A stretch of DNA of 64,000 nucleotides from Gemmatimonadaceae bacterium (GTDB lineage: Bacteria; Gemmatimonadota; Gemmatimonadetes; Gemmatimonadales; Gemmatimonadaceae). The notes beneath the pieces were generated by a model that was not told where the DNA came from, did no database searches, and worked only from the letters and a program-made list of their open reading frames with translations. The position numbers were made by a program, and so were the translations under genes. Positions within the stretch are counted from its first letter, which is position 1. Every line of letters begins with the position of its first letter. The stretch spans positions 96,001-160,000 of the forward strand of contig JBHYGA010000004.1 of NCBI GenBank assembly GCA_051859245.1, read 5' to 3'. Positions 10,519-18,861 of the stretch are shown piece by piece.

Positions 10519-11200
10519 CGCCAATACGCCCCTGCTTCCGACCGAGCTTGAGGCCGCCTTCCGGCAGGCCGCGCCGGTTGATCAGGCCCGACGCGCCCGT
10601 TCGATCGACGCAATCATGGCGACGGTCACCACGCTACCCGCCCCGCGCCGCTGGTCATTGCCACCGTCCATGACCCGCTGGCGTCGCCGTGGCATGCTGG
10701 CGCCCGCCGGTGGCCTGGCCGTGACCGCCCTGATGGCCCTCTGGATGGGCGTCACTGCCCTCACCGATGTCTTCCAGCGGGGCTCATCGGCCGTGCTGGC
10801 CCGGGCCGAGTTCATTGGGGATACCGTGATCGCCCGTCTGGTCCCGGTGGTGGACGAAACACGTCTCGTGCGGGCGGGGGGCATGGCAGCCGCCCTCCAT
10901 GATACTTTGTACGACACGATGCGCATCGTCCGGTTCGCCCTGCGGGCACCGGAGGCGTCGCAGGTTACGTTGGTCGGCGCGGCGCCTGCCAATGTACCCG
11001 ATGCGCAGGAGTCCCGGATTTCGGTGGCGCGCGACATTGCCAGCGGACTCTGGGAAATGCGGACCGTACTGCCTCGCGATGCGGTGGCCAGTGCATTCGC
11101 ATTCGTGGTGGACGACGCGCAACGGATTCCGGTGCGCTCTCCAATGACTGTGCACTCCGTGTGGACACGCGAACAGGCATTGGGCGACACCGCGTTCTGA
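10511..11200 (+). CDS. Putative membrane anti-sigma factor with C-terminal CBM48/early-set-like domain
   Basis: Overlaps the sigma stop; one TM segment (GGLAVTALMALWMGVTAL); C-terminal VRFALRAPEASQVTLVG...GLWEMRTVLP...FAFVVDD resembles the CBM48 pattern. Confidence 0.65.
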   Translation: MADANTPLLPTELEAAFRQAAPVDQARRARSIDAIMATVTTLPAPRRWSLPPSMTRWRRRGMLAPAGGLAVTALMALWMGVTALTDVFQRGSSAVLARAEFIGDTVIARLVPVVDETRLVRAGGMAAALHDTLYDTMRIVRFALRAPEASQVTLVGAAPANVPDAQESRISVARDIASGLWEMRTVLPRDAVASAFAFVVDDAQRIPVRSPMTVHSVWTREQALGDTAF

Positions 11201-11229
11201 TCGCCCTTCTTCGTCTTCGTTCCTACAAC

Positions 11230-13566
11230 ATGTCTGAAACTGCTTCGCTCTGGCGCGGGCGCACGGCGCTCCTGGCCGCGCTCTCAGCGCTCACGCTTCT
11301 TATTGGCTACGGCGACCTGTGGCGCGGTGGCACCTCGATCTCGGCGCTGTGTCTTGCCATTGCATACGCTGGGTTGATTCCGGCCACGCTGATGTCGTTT
11401 GGCAAAGGTGAGTCAACAACACCCCGCGCCGACGAACGCTTCGCGAATGCGCCGTGGATACCAGCCGGCGTTGTTGCGCTCGCTTTGTTTCTGCTCTACG
11501 CGTTTACGCTCGGGCCGAGCACGGCCATGTGGGACACGAGCGAGTTCATTACGGCGGCCAAAGTTTTTGGTGTACCGCATCCGCCGGGCAACCCGGTGTT
11601 CGTCATTCTGGCGCACGCGTTTGGGTTGTTGCCGCTGCCTGTTGAGTATGGCGCACGCATCAATCTGCTCGCGGCCGTAACGAGCGCACTTTCGGCTGGT
11701 CTGTGGTTCCTGGTGGCAGATGGTGTGATGCGCACGTGGATCACGATCAAGTGGGCGCGCATCATGGCGTCGTCCACGGCCGTGCTCATCGGTGGTACCG
11801 CGTTCACGGTTTGGAATCAGAGCGTCGTGAACGAAAAAGTGTACTCGGTGGCGCTGCTCGGAGTCGCGGCCGTGAGCTGGCTCATGTTGCGCTGGAGCGA
11901 CTCACCTGACAAACCATCATCTGATCGTTACCTGCTCACAGCAGCCTATCTGATCGGACTCGGCTACGCGAATCATCCGGCCGGTTTTCTTCCGCTGCCC
12001 GCGGTTGGCTTGATTGTTCTGATGCGTCAGCCGTCGGTGCTGCTGCGCTGGCGCTTGCTGCTTGGTACGCTTGCGGTGGCGATTGTTGGCCTCACGCCGT
12101 TTGTTGTCATGCCGATTCGCGCGGCGCACGAACCGTACCTCAACAGCGGTGGTGTGTCAGCGTGTACCGACGGCATCAATGTGTCGTGTACGTTCAGCGC
12201 GGAGACATATCGTCGCGTGAAGGCGCACATTGACCGCGAACAGTATTCCGGTCACAACGTAGCGGAACGCAAGGCGCCGCTTACCGCGCAGTTCGGCATG
12301 TTCTGGCTGTACTTCAAGTGGCAGTGGTTCCGCGACGCGTACGGACAGGCACCGCAAGCACAGTCGTTGCTCGCGCTGCTCTTCTTCACGCTCGGCATTG
12401 TTGGCGGTGTGACACACTTCAGACGAGACCGACGAACATTCTGGTACGTGGGCGGACTCATGTTTACGCTCACGATCGCGCTCGTTGTGTATCTCAATTT
12501 CAAGTACGGACATTCGCAGGCGCCGGAACTTGGCAACAGCGTTGACCGCGAAGTGCGTGATCGAGACTACTTCTACTTGTGGACGTTCTCTCTGTGGGGA
12601 CTGTGGGCCGCGCTCGGACTCACCACACTGTGGGCATCGCTCGCTTCGCGACTGGGTGGTACCGGCGCTGTTTCAGATCGTGGACTTCGGTTGGCCACGC
12701 CGATCCTGTTGCTGGCCCTAATTCCTCTCGTTACCAACGCGATTGACGCGCCGCGCAACAAACACACGTTCACACGTGAATGGGCGCGCGACCTGCTCAA
12801 CTCGGTGGAGCCGTACGGCATTCTCATCACGAACGGCGACAACGATTCATTCCCGCTCTGGTACGCACAGGCGGTTGAAGGTGTGCGTCGTGACGTGATG
12901 GTTGCTGTCGTGCCGTACCTCGGCACCGAGTGGTACGCCCATCAGTTGCAGAACCGCAAGATCGAACCGTACGACAAGGAAGCAGGCCCGGCGCGTTATC
13001 GCGATCGTGAGTGGCCCATGCCAACCAAGCAGCTGTTGCCGCTCACGCGCGAAGAGATCGACGGCATTCCCCCGGTCGTCGGCTTGTCACAGCCACAGCG
13101 TTTTGTGCACGACGGCATGGACGTGACGATCAATCTCGACATGCTCATGCGCGACGAGCAGCTCGTGCTCTACATGATCAAGCACTCGTATCCCGAGCGC
13201 GGCATGTTCTTCTCGTTCGGCGGCTACGCATCACGCCTCGGCTTCGGCGACCACATTGTGAACTACGGTCTCGCGCAGAAGCTGGTGAGCACGCGGCCGG
13301 AACCGTCGCTGGCCTTCATCCCGCTGCGCGGCAACGAAGTGCTCGACGTGGAAGCCACGAAATCATTGTGGTCCGAGTACCGCGGTATGGACGCGCTGAT
13401 CGCCGAAAACGGTTGGGTCGACGACGCCTCGGCCGGCATTCCGGTGCTCTACCTGATCACTGGCCAATACCTCGCCGGTTCACTCGAAGCCGCCGGCGAC
13501 TCCATCGCCGCCGAAAAGATCCTCGCCAAGGTCGACACGATGGCGCAGCGTTCACGGATTCGATAA
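11230..13566 (+). CDS. DUF2723 / TMEM260-like multi-pass GT-C glycosyltransferase
   Basis: WDTSEFITAAKVFGVPHPPGNP, EVRDRDYFY and TNGDNDSFPLWYAQ motifs; about a dozen hydrophobic segments. Confidence 0.85.
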   Translation: MSETASLWRGRTALLAALSALTLLIGYGDLWRGGTSISALCLAIAYAGLIPATLMSFGKGESTTPRADERFANAPWIPAGVVALALFLLYAFTLGPSTAMWDTSEFITAAKVFGVPHPPGNPVFVILAHAFGLLPLPVEYGARINLLAAVTSALSAGLWFLVADGVMRTWITIKWARIMASSTAVLIGGTAFTVWNQSVVNEKVYSVALLGVAAVSWLMLRWSDSPDKPSSDRYLLTAAYLIGLGYANHPAGFLPLPAVGLIVLMRQPSVLLRWRLLLGTLAVAIVGLTPFVVMPIRAAHEPYLNSGGVSACTDGINVSCTFSAETYRRVKAHIDREQYSGHNVAERKAPLTAQFGMFWLYFKWQWFRDAYGQAPQAQSLLALLFFTLGIVGGVTHFRRDRRTFWYVGGLMFTLTIALVVYLNFKYGHSQAPELGNSVDREVRDRDYFYLWTFSLWGLWAALGLTTLWASLASRLGGTGAVSDRGLRLATPILLLALIPLVTNAIDAPRNKHTFTREWARDLLNSVEPYGILITNGDNDSFPLWYAQAVEGVRRDVMVAVVPYLGTEWYAHQLQNRKIEPYDKEAGPARYRDREWPMPTKQLLPLTREEIDGIPPVVGLSQPQRFVHDGMDVTINLDMLMRDEQLVLYMIKHSYPERGMFFSFGGYASRLGFGDHIVNYGLAQKLVSTRPEPSLAFIPLRGNEVLDVEATKSLWSEYRGMDALIAENGWVDDASAGIPVLYLITGQYLAGSLEAAGDSIAAEKILAKVDTMAQRSRIR

Positions 13567-13572
13567 TCCCCT

Positions 13573-13739
13573 AAGTTCTTTGCAGTTTTCGTGTTCTTCG
13601 TGCTTTTGTGTCCTTCCCGCCGCAGTTCCCCCAGCATTAGGAGCATCTGGGCTTAGCAGCCAGACGCTCTCCTAGTGCAAGGGAACTGCGGCGGGAAGGA
13701 CACAAAAGCACGAAGGACACGAAGAAGAGCAACAGACTT
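13573..13739. repeat. ~165-bp palindromic element between convergent genes (REP/MITE-like or bidirectional terminator)
   Basis: 13596-13630 is the exact reverse complement of 13681-13715 (35 bp), extendable to ~45 bp with two G:T pairs; the interior also pairs imperfectly. Confidence 0.9.
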
Positions 13740-13756
13740 TTTTTGGGGAACGGCGC

Positions 13757-14710
13757 TTACGGTGCGACAGCGATGCCGCGGATTGGAGTGGTGTTGGCTA
13801 CGCCACCGACCGGGAAGAGCGAGCCGCTCTGCAGATTCACTACGTAGAGCATTGAGCCGGTAAAGCCGCTTCCCGTAGTGAGTGTGGCGTAAGCGGTGCC
13901 AGTGTTGCCGGCGATATCAAAGCCAACGTCGCCCGTCGTGTTTACACCGAGTGGGCCGACCGTGGTGACCACTCCGTTATTGGGATCAGCGAGCGTGACA
14001 AGGGCATCGCGCGCGAAATCGATCGCGTACAGAACCGTTGTTGTCGCACCTGACACGCTGTTCGTGTACGCCGTACCACCAATGCTTGGTGTGCTGAGTG
14101 TACCCGGATCACCGAGTGCGTAGGTGAGTGCACCGTCCACTACCGCCACTGTACCATCTGTTGCGCCACCAAGACGCGGCACGAGACGCAGGTTCTGATT
14201 CAGGTTGCCGTGCAAGCGAATGCGATTCGGCACCGGATTGAAATCAAAGCCAAAACGCGTTCCTGCGAGCGCCGGCGTGAACGGCGTCGTGCCAACGGCT
14301 GTTGCCGCACCGCTCATCGTGTCGAGTGTGTAGATGCGGCTCGATGAACCAATCGCGTACAACCGTCCGTCCACCGGACCAAAATCAATGCCTTCCACTT
14401 TTTCGTTGGCCACGAGACCGGTGATCGCAACGCGACGACCAATCTGATCCGGACGCAGCGCGCCGAACGTGATCAGCATGTTCATGCTGTCCACGGCGTA
14501 AATCGTACGACCGTTGTTGTTGCCGGGCGCGCCAGCGGGGCCGCCGGGGCCAGCAGGGCCCGCCGGACCACCCGGACCCGTGGGGCCGGGAACGCCCGGT
14601 GTGCCTTGTGGACCCGTCGGACCTTCGGGCCCCGTTTCACCTTCGCACGCCATCGCCGAGAGGCAGAGGCCGAGCGTGAACAATCGAGTTGACCAGGACG
14701 AACGATGCAT
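13757..14710 (-). CDS. DUF4394 domain lipoprotein with N-terminal collagen-like repeat
   Basis: Signal ending LSAMAC; 14 Gly-X-Y triplets; [38 protein letters not shown] typical of DUF4394. Confidence 0.85.
   Translation of the reverse strand: MHRSSWSTRLFTLGLCLSAMACEGETGPEGPTGPQGTPGVPGPTGPGGPAGPAGPGGPAGAPGNNNGRTIYAVDSMNMLITFGALRPDQIGRRVAITGLVANEKVEGIDFGPVDGRLYAIGSSSRIYTLDTMSGAATAVGTTPFTPALAGTRFGFDFNPVPNRIRLHGNLNQNLRLVPRLGGATDGTVAVVDGALTYALGDPGTLSTPSIGGTAYTNSVSGATTTVLYAIDFARDALVTLADPNNGVVTTVGPLGVNTTGDVGFDIAGNTGTAYATLTTGSGFTGSMLYVVNLQSGSLFPVGGVANTTPIRGIAVAP
14516..14641 (-). repeat. Collagen-like (Gly-X-Y)14 coding repeat
   Basis: [42 protein letters not shown]. Confidence 0.9.
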
Positions 14711-14804
14711 GACGAAGGCCTCCCTGTCGCAGTGCGACAATGCCGTGACGTGAACGAGCCAACGCTCGCACGCCTGCGGGCGCGCGAGTGTTCCGGGATT
14801 GGCT

Positions 14805-14832
14805 GTACGTCAGGTCATGCAGAACCGGATCT
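14805..14832 (-). promoter_or_regulatory. Putative SigK-like ECF promoter of the DUF4394 gene
   Basis: Minus strand AGATCC-N17-CGTAC; same pattern as the sites at 16085-16112 and 16138-16164. Confidence 0.55.
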
Positions 14833-14917
14833 GTCAGATCCGATTTGCTGACGTCACTGTGATGCAGCGCACGCGACACACGATCATTGACCGGTGCACC
14901 CGACACGCCCATACTCA

Positions 14918-15130
14918 ATGGATGACGCTCTCTCTTTTCCTCAACGCGGCACGCCTGTGAAAGGCGGCAAGAACGGCGCGGGCCGCCCGCGTCCAGCGAC
15001 CAAGGTTGAACCGACATCGCGGAAAGTCACCAAGAGTGCGAGCCGCGGGACGCCCAAGCGCGACTACGGGGCGATCGAGCGCGAAGTGCCCGTGCGCGCG
15101 CCCGATTCCAAGCCACCCAAACGCAAGTAG
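14918..15130 (+). CDS. Small basic hypothetical protein (70 aa)
   Basis: K/R/P-rich ORF whose stop lies 1 nt before the next ATG; no family recognised. Confidence 0.45.
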   Translation: MDDALSFPQRGTPVKGGKNGAGRPRPATKVEPTSRKVTKSASRGTPKRDYGAIEREVPVRAPDSKPPKRK

Positions 15131-15131
15131 C

Positions 15132-15404
15132 ATGTCACGCGCTTTCCTTCGTGACGACGCCGAAGGAGAGATGCCTCGGCGCAACTACGATCTGCCACCG
15201 CGAGACGATCCGGGTTATGATCGGGCTGCGGCACGCGCGTTGCTTGAAGCGGCGCGTGTTGGAGAGACGCAGCTCGCCGAACGTGCGACGGGTTATTACT
15301 GGGGCGAGCCATTGCTGCGTTCGTACGTGGAGGAGATGCTGGTCGCCGCCGAAAAGGCTGGCGACGACCGGCTCGAACAAGTGGCGCGGCGGTATCTGAC
15401 GTAG
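15132..15404 (+). CDS. Small hypothetical protein (90 aa) with MSRAFxxDD N-terminus
   Basis: MSRAFLRDDAEG start and helical-looking remainder; fills the gap between recognised genes. Confidence 0.65.
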   Translation: MSRAFLRDDAEGEMPRRNYDLPPRDDPGYDRAAARALLEAARVGETQLAERATGYYWGEPLLRSYVEEMLVAAEKAGDDRLEQVARRYLT

Positions 15405-15467
15405 TCACCCGGTGCCTTTGATGTACAACCCGAGGCGAAACGCGTTCACTCCACGTGTTTGCGCTGC

Positions 15468-16019
15468 TTAGTCCCGACGCGTCACCGCACCGTACTCGGT
15501 ACCGACATTGTCCGGCATCAGCACCCGATCAATCACGTGCACCACACCGTTGCTGGCTGGAATATCGGCAATGCGTACCGTCGCGTCGTTAATGCGCAGC
15601 GTGCCGTTGTTCGATCGGATGCGAAGCGGCTCACCCGCGACCGTATTCGCTGAACGCACCGTGCGAGCCTGCGCTGCCGATACGCGTCCGGCCACCACGT
15701 GATACGTGAGAATGGTGCGCAGCTGCTCGCGGTTCTCCGGCTGCAGCAAGTCACTCACGGTGTTTGCGGGCAATCGCGAAAACGCGTCGTCTGTTGGTGC
15801 AAACAGTGTGAACGGTCCGCGACCGAGCAACGTTTGCGTGAGTCCCGCCGCCTCAACCGCCGCGAGTAGCGTGTTGAAGAGGCCAGCCTCTTTCGCGACC
15901 TGCGGAATGCTTGGAGACGCGGGCGCGGTCGAGCGTGCGGGGTGTTGCGCCTGAGCCTTGAGCGGAAATGCGAATGTGATGGCGGTGGTAACGAGGGCAG
16001 CAGCGATGCGACGGTTCAT
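15468..16019 (-). CDS. Exported fasciclin (FAS1) domain protein
   Basis: GGAG SD then MNRRIAAALV signal; FNTLLAAVEAAGL, FTLFAPTDDAF, ILTYHVV, ASNGVVHVIDRVLMP. Confidence 0.95.
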   Translation of the reverse strand: MNRRIAAALVTTAITFAFPLKAQAQHPARSTAPASPSIPQVAKEAGLFNTLLAAVEAAGLTQTLLGRGPFTLFAPTDDAFSRLPANTVSDLLQPENREQLRTILTYHVVAGRVSAAQARTVRSANTVAGEPLRIRSNNGTLRINDATVRIADIPASNGVVHVIDRVLMPDNVGTEYGAVTRRD

Positions 16020-16084
16020 GACTGGCTCCAGGATGGTGACGGGTTGACCGATCCACACGCGGGATCTTGTGGGGACGCGGTGCA

Positions 16085-16112
16085 GTTCGTTTCTCAGGAG
16101 CCATCTGGATGC
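16085..16112 (-). promoter_or_regulatory. Putative SigK-like ECF promoter of the fasciclin gene
   Basis: Minus strand GCATCC-N17-CGAAC, ~65 nt upstream of the ATG. Confidence 0.6.
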
Positions 16113-16137
16113 AGTCAGGAGGCTTCTCAGAGACCGT

Positions 16138-16164
16138 GCATCCGGGTAACCCTCGCCGTCGAAC
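16138..16164 (+). promoter_or_regulatory. Putative autoregulatory ECF promoter of the sigma/anti-sigma operon
   Basis: Plus strand GCATCC-N16-CGAAC, back-to-back with the fasciclin site. Confidence 0.6.
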
Positions 16165-16214
16165 ACTCCGTAGTGAATCCAAACACTCCCCTCGCGCGGT
16201 CGCATCTGACATTG

Positions 16215-16820
16215 GTGACCACGACTGACTCAACTGTTGCGGCGTCCACCGCGCCGCTGTTGCCACGCGTCGCCAACGGCGATGAGTTTGCCGTGCGCGA
16301 AGTGGTCGCGCGTTACGGCCCGCTGATCTGGTCACTCGTGCGTCGCTGGTCACCAGACACAAATGACGCCGAAGACGCCGTGCAGGATGTGTTCGTTGAT
16401 CTGTGGCGAAGCGCCGCGCGATTTGACGCAACACGATCTACGGAAGCCGGTTTTGTTGCCATGGTGACCCGTCGACGTTTGATCGACCGACTGCGCAAGC
16501 GGCAACGCGCCATCGAGTTTGAACCACTCTCTGAAAACGTCGATATGGCGGTGGATCAGGAACCTGATATCGATCGCGGCGTGCGCATTGAACGCGCTCG
16601 TGAGGCGTTGCGCGCGCTGCCGCCAGCGCAGCGCACCATGCTCGAGCTCTCACTGCTGCACGGCCGCACACACGATGAAATCGCGCGCGAGACCAACACG
16701 CCGCTCGGCACGGTCAAGTCACACATTCGACGCGGACTGCAACGCGCGCGTGATCTGCTCGCCAACGATTCAAGTAGCAATGCAACATCAGTACGCGATG
16801 TGGACGGTGATCCGTTATGA
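16215..16820 (+). CDS. ECF sigma factor, SigK-like
   Basis: DAEDAVQDVFVDLWRSAARFD, RRRLIDRLRK, GRTHDEIARETNTPLGTVKSHIRRGL. Start uncertain (16173-16215). Confidence 0.9.
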   Translation: MTTTDSTVAASTAPLLPRVANGDEFAVREVVARYGPLIWSLVRRWSPDTNDAEDAVQDVFVDLWRSAARFDATRSTEAGFVAMVTRRRLIDRLRKRQRAIEFEPLSENVDMAVDQEPDIDRGVRIERAREALRALPPAQRTMLELSLLHGRTHDEIARETNTPLGTVKSHIRRGLQRARDLLANDSSSNATSVRDVDGDPL

Positions 16821-17599
16821 ACACTCCAGGTGATAGCATGCACGATCCATCAGATTCTCAGCGTCCACCACACTCGGCAGACGAAACACACGAGCTGTTG
16901 CTTGGCGAGCTGACGGCCGCACTCGCGGCCGAAGCGTCATCGCCACTCGACGCGCTGCCGGAGTCCGCGTCGGCGCGCGCCGTGCACGTGGGCGAAGCGA
17001 TGGTGCGTGCGCAGAATGCGGCGCGCGGTGTTACGCCGGTGCGTGGCGTTTCCAGTGGTGAGCCGGTGCGCTTGGCAGATGCGCGCACAGGATCGGGCGT
17101 GCGCACCTTCGCTGCGTGGAGTGGCTGGTTGGCCGCGGCGGCAATGCTGGCCGTTGTTGTGCGTGAACCACGTGAAATCGTTGCGCCGTTGCCCGTTGTT
17201 TCAACCGCCGCCATGCTGCACGACTCGCTCGCGGCGTCAGACAGTTCGTCGGTGCAACTGGCGTGGACAGCCACCGGTGATTCCACCGCGCTCGCCGCCG
17301 AGGGCGATGTCGTGTGGAGTGGCGGCGCGCAGCGTGGTGTGATGCGCATTGTCGGTCTCGCGCCCAACGACCGCAGCAAGTGGCAGTATCAGCTCTGGAT
17401 CTTCGACAAAAAACGTGACCAGCGTTATCCGGTCGACGGCGGCGTGTTCGACATTCCGGCCGGCAGCCGCGAGGTGTATGTGCCAATCGACGCGCGTGTG
17501 CCCGTTGATGAAGCGACGCTGTTTGCGGTGACGATTGAGCCGGCTGGCGGTGTGGTGGTATCAACGCGTGAGCGTATTGCGTTGACGGCGGGGTTGTAG
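16817..17599 (+). CDS. RskA-like anti-sigma-K factor
   Basis: ATGA coupling to the sigma; TM WSGWLAAAAMLAVVV; C-terminal QYQLWIFD...PVDGGVFD...LFAVTIEPAGG. Confidence 0.85.
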   Translation: MNTPGDSMHDPSDSQRPPHSADETHELLLGELTAALAAEASSPLDALPESASARAVHVGEAMVRAQNAARGVTPVRGVSSGEPVRLADARTGSGVRTFAAWSGWLAAAAMLAVVVREPREIVAPLPVVSTAAMLHDSLAASDSSSVQLAWTATGDSTALAAEGDVVWSGGAQRGVMRIVGLAPNDRSKWQYQLWIFDKKRDQRYPVDGGVFDIPAGSREVYVPIDARVPVDEATLFAVTIEPAGGVVVSTRERIALTAGL

Positions 17600-17604
17600 A
17601 CGCG

Positions 17605-18861
17605 TTAGTTCACACCCACCAGGCGGAACCTCGCGACTTGCGGCTCGCCGTTGGCGCCCTGCACCACCGCCCACACGGCGCTGCGCGTGAAGACGGGCGC
17701 CGGCCGATTTCCAAACTCCTCCGGCACAGCAACGGTCCCGAGAAACGTGCCGTCTTCTTCGAAGACGTCGAACGTGCGCCGCTCGGTGTAGCGCAGAACG
17801 ACGCCGTTGTCGTCGGTCTCGGGCGTAGCACGTTCAACTGCAGCGCCGGCACGCAGTACCCACACACGACCGTCCTTCGCGGCGAACAGTTGTTCGAAAG
17901 CAGGTTTGGTATCCGGAATGGGCACACCGTTCCACGTCCACGAGGAATCGAGCCAACGCATGCCTGCAGTGACGCGTTCAGTTTCCTGCGCGCGTTCGTT
18001 GTCTGCAACACGTTCGGCCGGTACATCGCGTTCGATCCGAAGCAGGCGCTGTGGTTGCTGCAGGGTGATGCGATACGCATCCGAGTTGCCAGACACGAAG
18101 TAGCCGCGCGGATGCCAGGCCCACTGCGATGACGTCGTCCACGGCACCGGCAAACTCGCGTTGTTATTCCCTCGGCGCGCGGTGACTTGTTCGCGTGCAG
18201 CGCTTTGCACAGGCAGTGCGAGCGTGTCGATCACGGCACCGTTTGGCGCAATGCGCACTAGGGCCATGGCTACGTTGTTGATGTCGGTGATTTCACGCGA
18301 TGGTTGCAGCGTGAGCAGCGTATCACCATTCACGAACAGCGGCTCTCGCGATCTCCACTGTCCCGAGATCACAGACCATGTGGCAGTCGGCGTGCCGTCG
18401 GGCGAAAACTTCTGCATTCGCGCATTGCCCGGATCACGCGCCACAACATCCCCATTCGAAAGCACCGCGAGCCCCGCGTCTGGCGACCGAAACTCTCCGG
18501 GCCCTGCGCCATCGCGTCCCCAGTCGGCGAGGTGCACACCGGTGCTGTCGTACACACTAACGCTTCGCGCCTGTCCATCAAGCACGAGCAGACGACCACT
18601 CGCGTCGACGGCAATCGCATTGATGCTGCCAAACATGTAGCGTTCATCGCCGTCTTCCACGCCGATGGTCAGGTCGCGGACGAGCGCGGCAGAGTCACCC
18701 CACGTTGATCCTGAGATGGTGCGCACAACCGTCGTGTCACCGCGCCGGGTGCGGGATTGTACCAGTTCCTTGGAAACGGCAGTGTCTGACGGCTGGCAGG
18801 CGAGCGTCAGAGCGGCGACGGCGAGCGCAACGACTCGGGTGTACGGAAAGACGTGATTCAC
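17605..18861 (-). CDS. 6-bladed beta-propeller lipoprotein
   Basis: Lipobox LTLAC; GRDGAGPGEF motif; GTG 18861 overlaps the upstream TGA. Confidence 0.8.
   Translation of the reverse strand: MNHVFPYTRVVALAVAALTLACQPSDTAVSKELVQSRTRRGDTTVVRTISGSTWGDSAALVRDLTIGVEDGDERYMFGSINAIAVDASGRLLVLDGQARSVSVYDSTGVHLADWGRDGAGPGEFRSPDAGLAVLSNGDVVARDPGNARMQKFSPDGTPTATWSVISGQWRSREPLFVNGDTLLTLQPSREITDINNVAMALVRIAPNGAVIDTLALPVQSAAREQVTARRGNNNASLPVPWTTSSQWAWHPRGYFVSGNSDAYRITLQQPQRLLRIERDVPAERVADNERAQETERVTAGMRWLDSSWTWNGVPIPDTKPAFEQLFAAKDGRVWVLRAGAAVERATPETDDNGVVLRYTERRTFDVFEEDGTFLGTVAVPEEFGNRPAPVFTRSAVWAVVQGANGEPQVARFRLVGVN

Noticed and set aside
13573..13739. Possible CRISPR array
   Set aside because: One inverted pair only; no direct repeat-spacer periodicity and no cas genes in the window.
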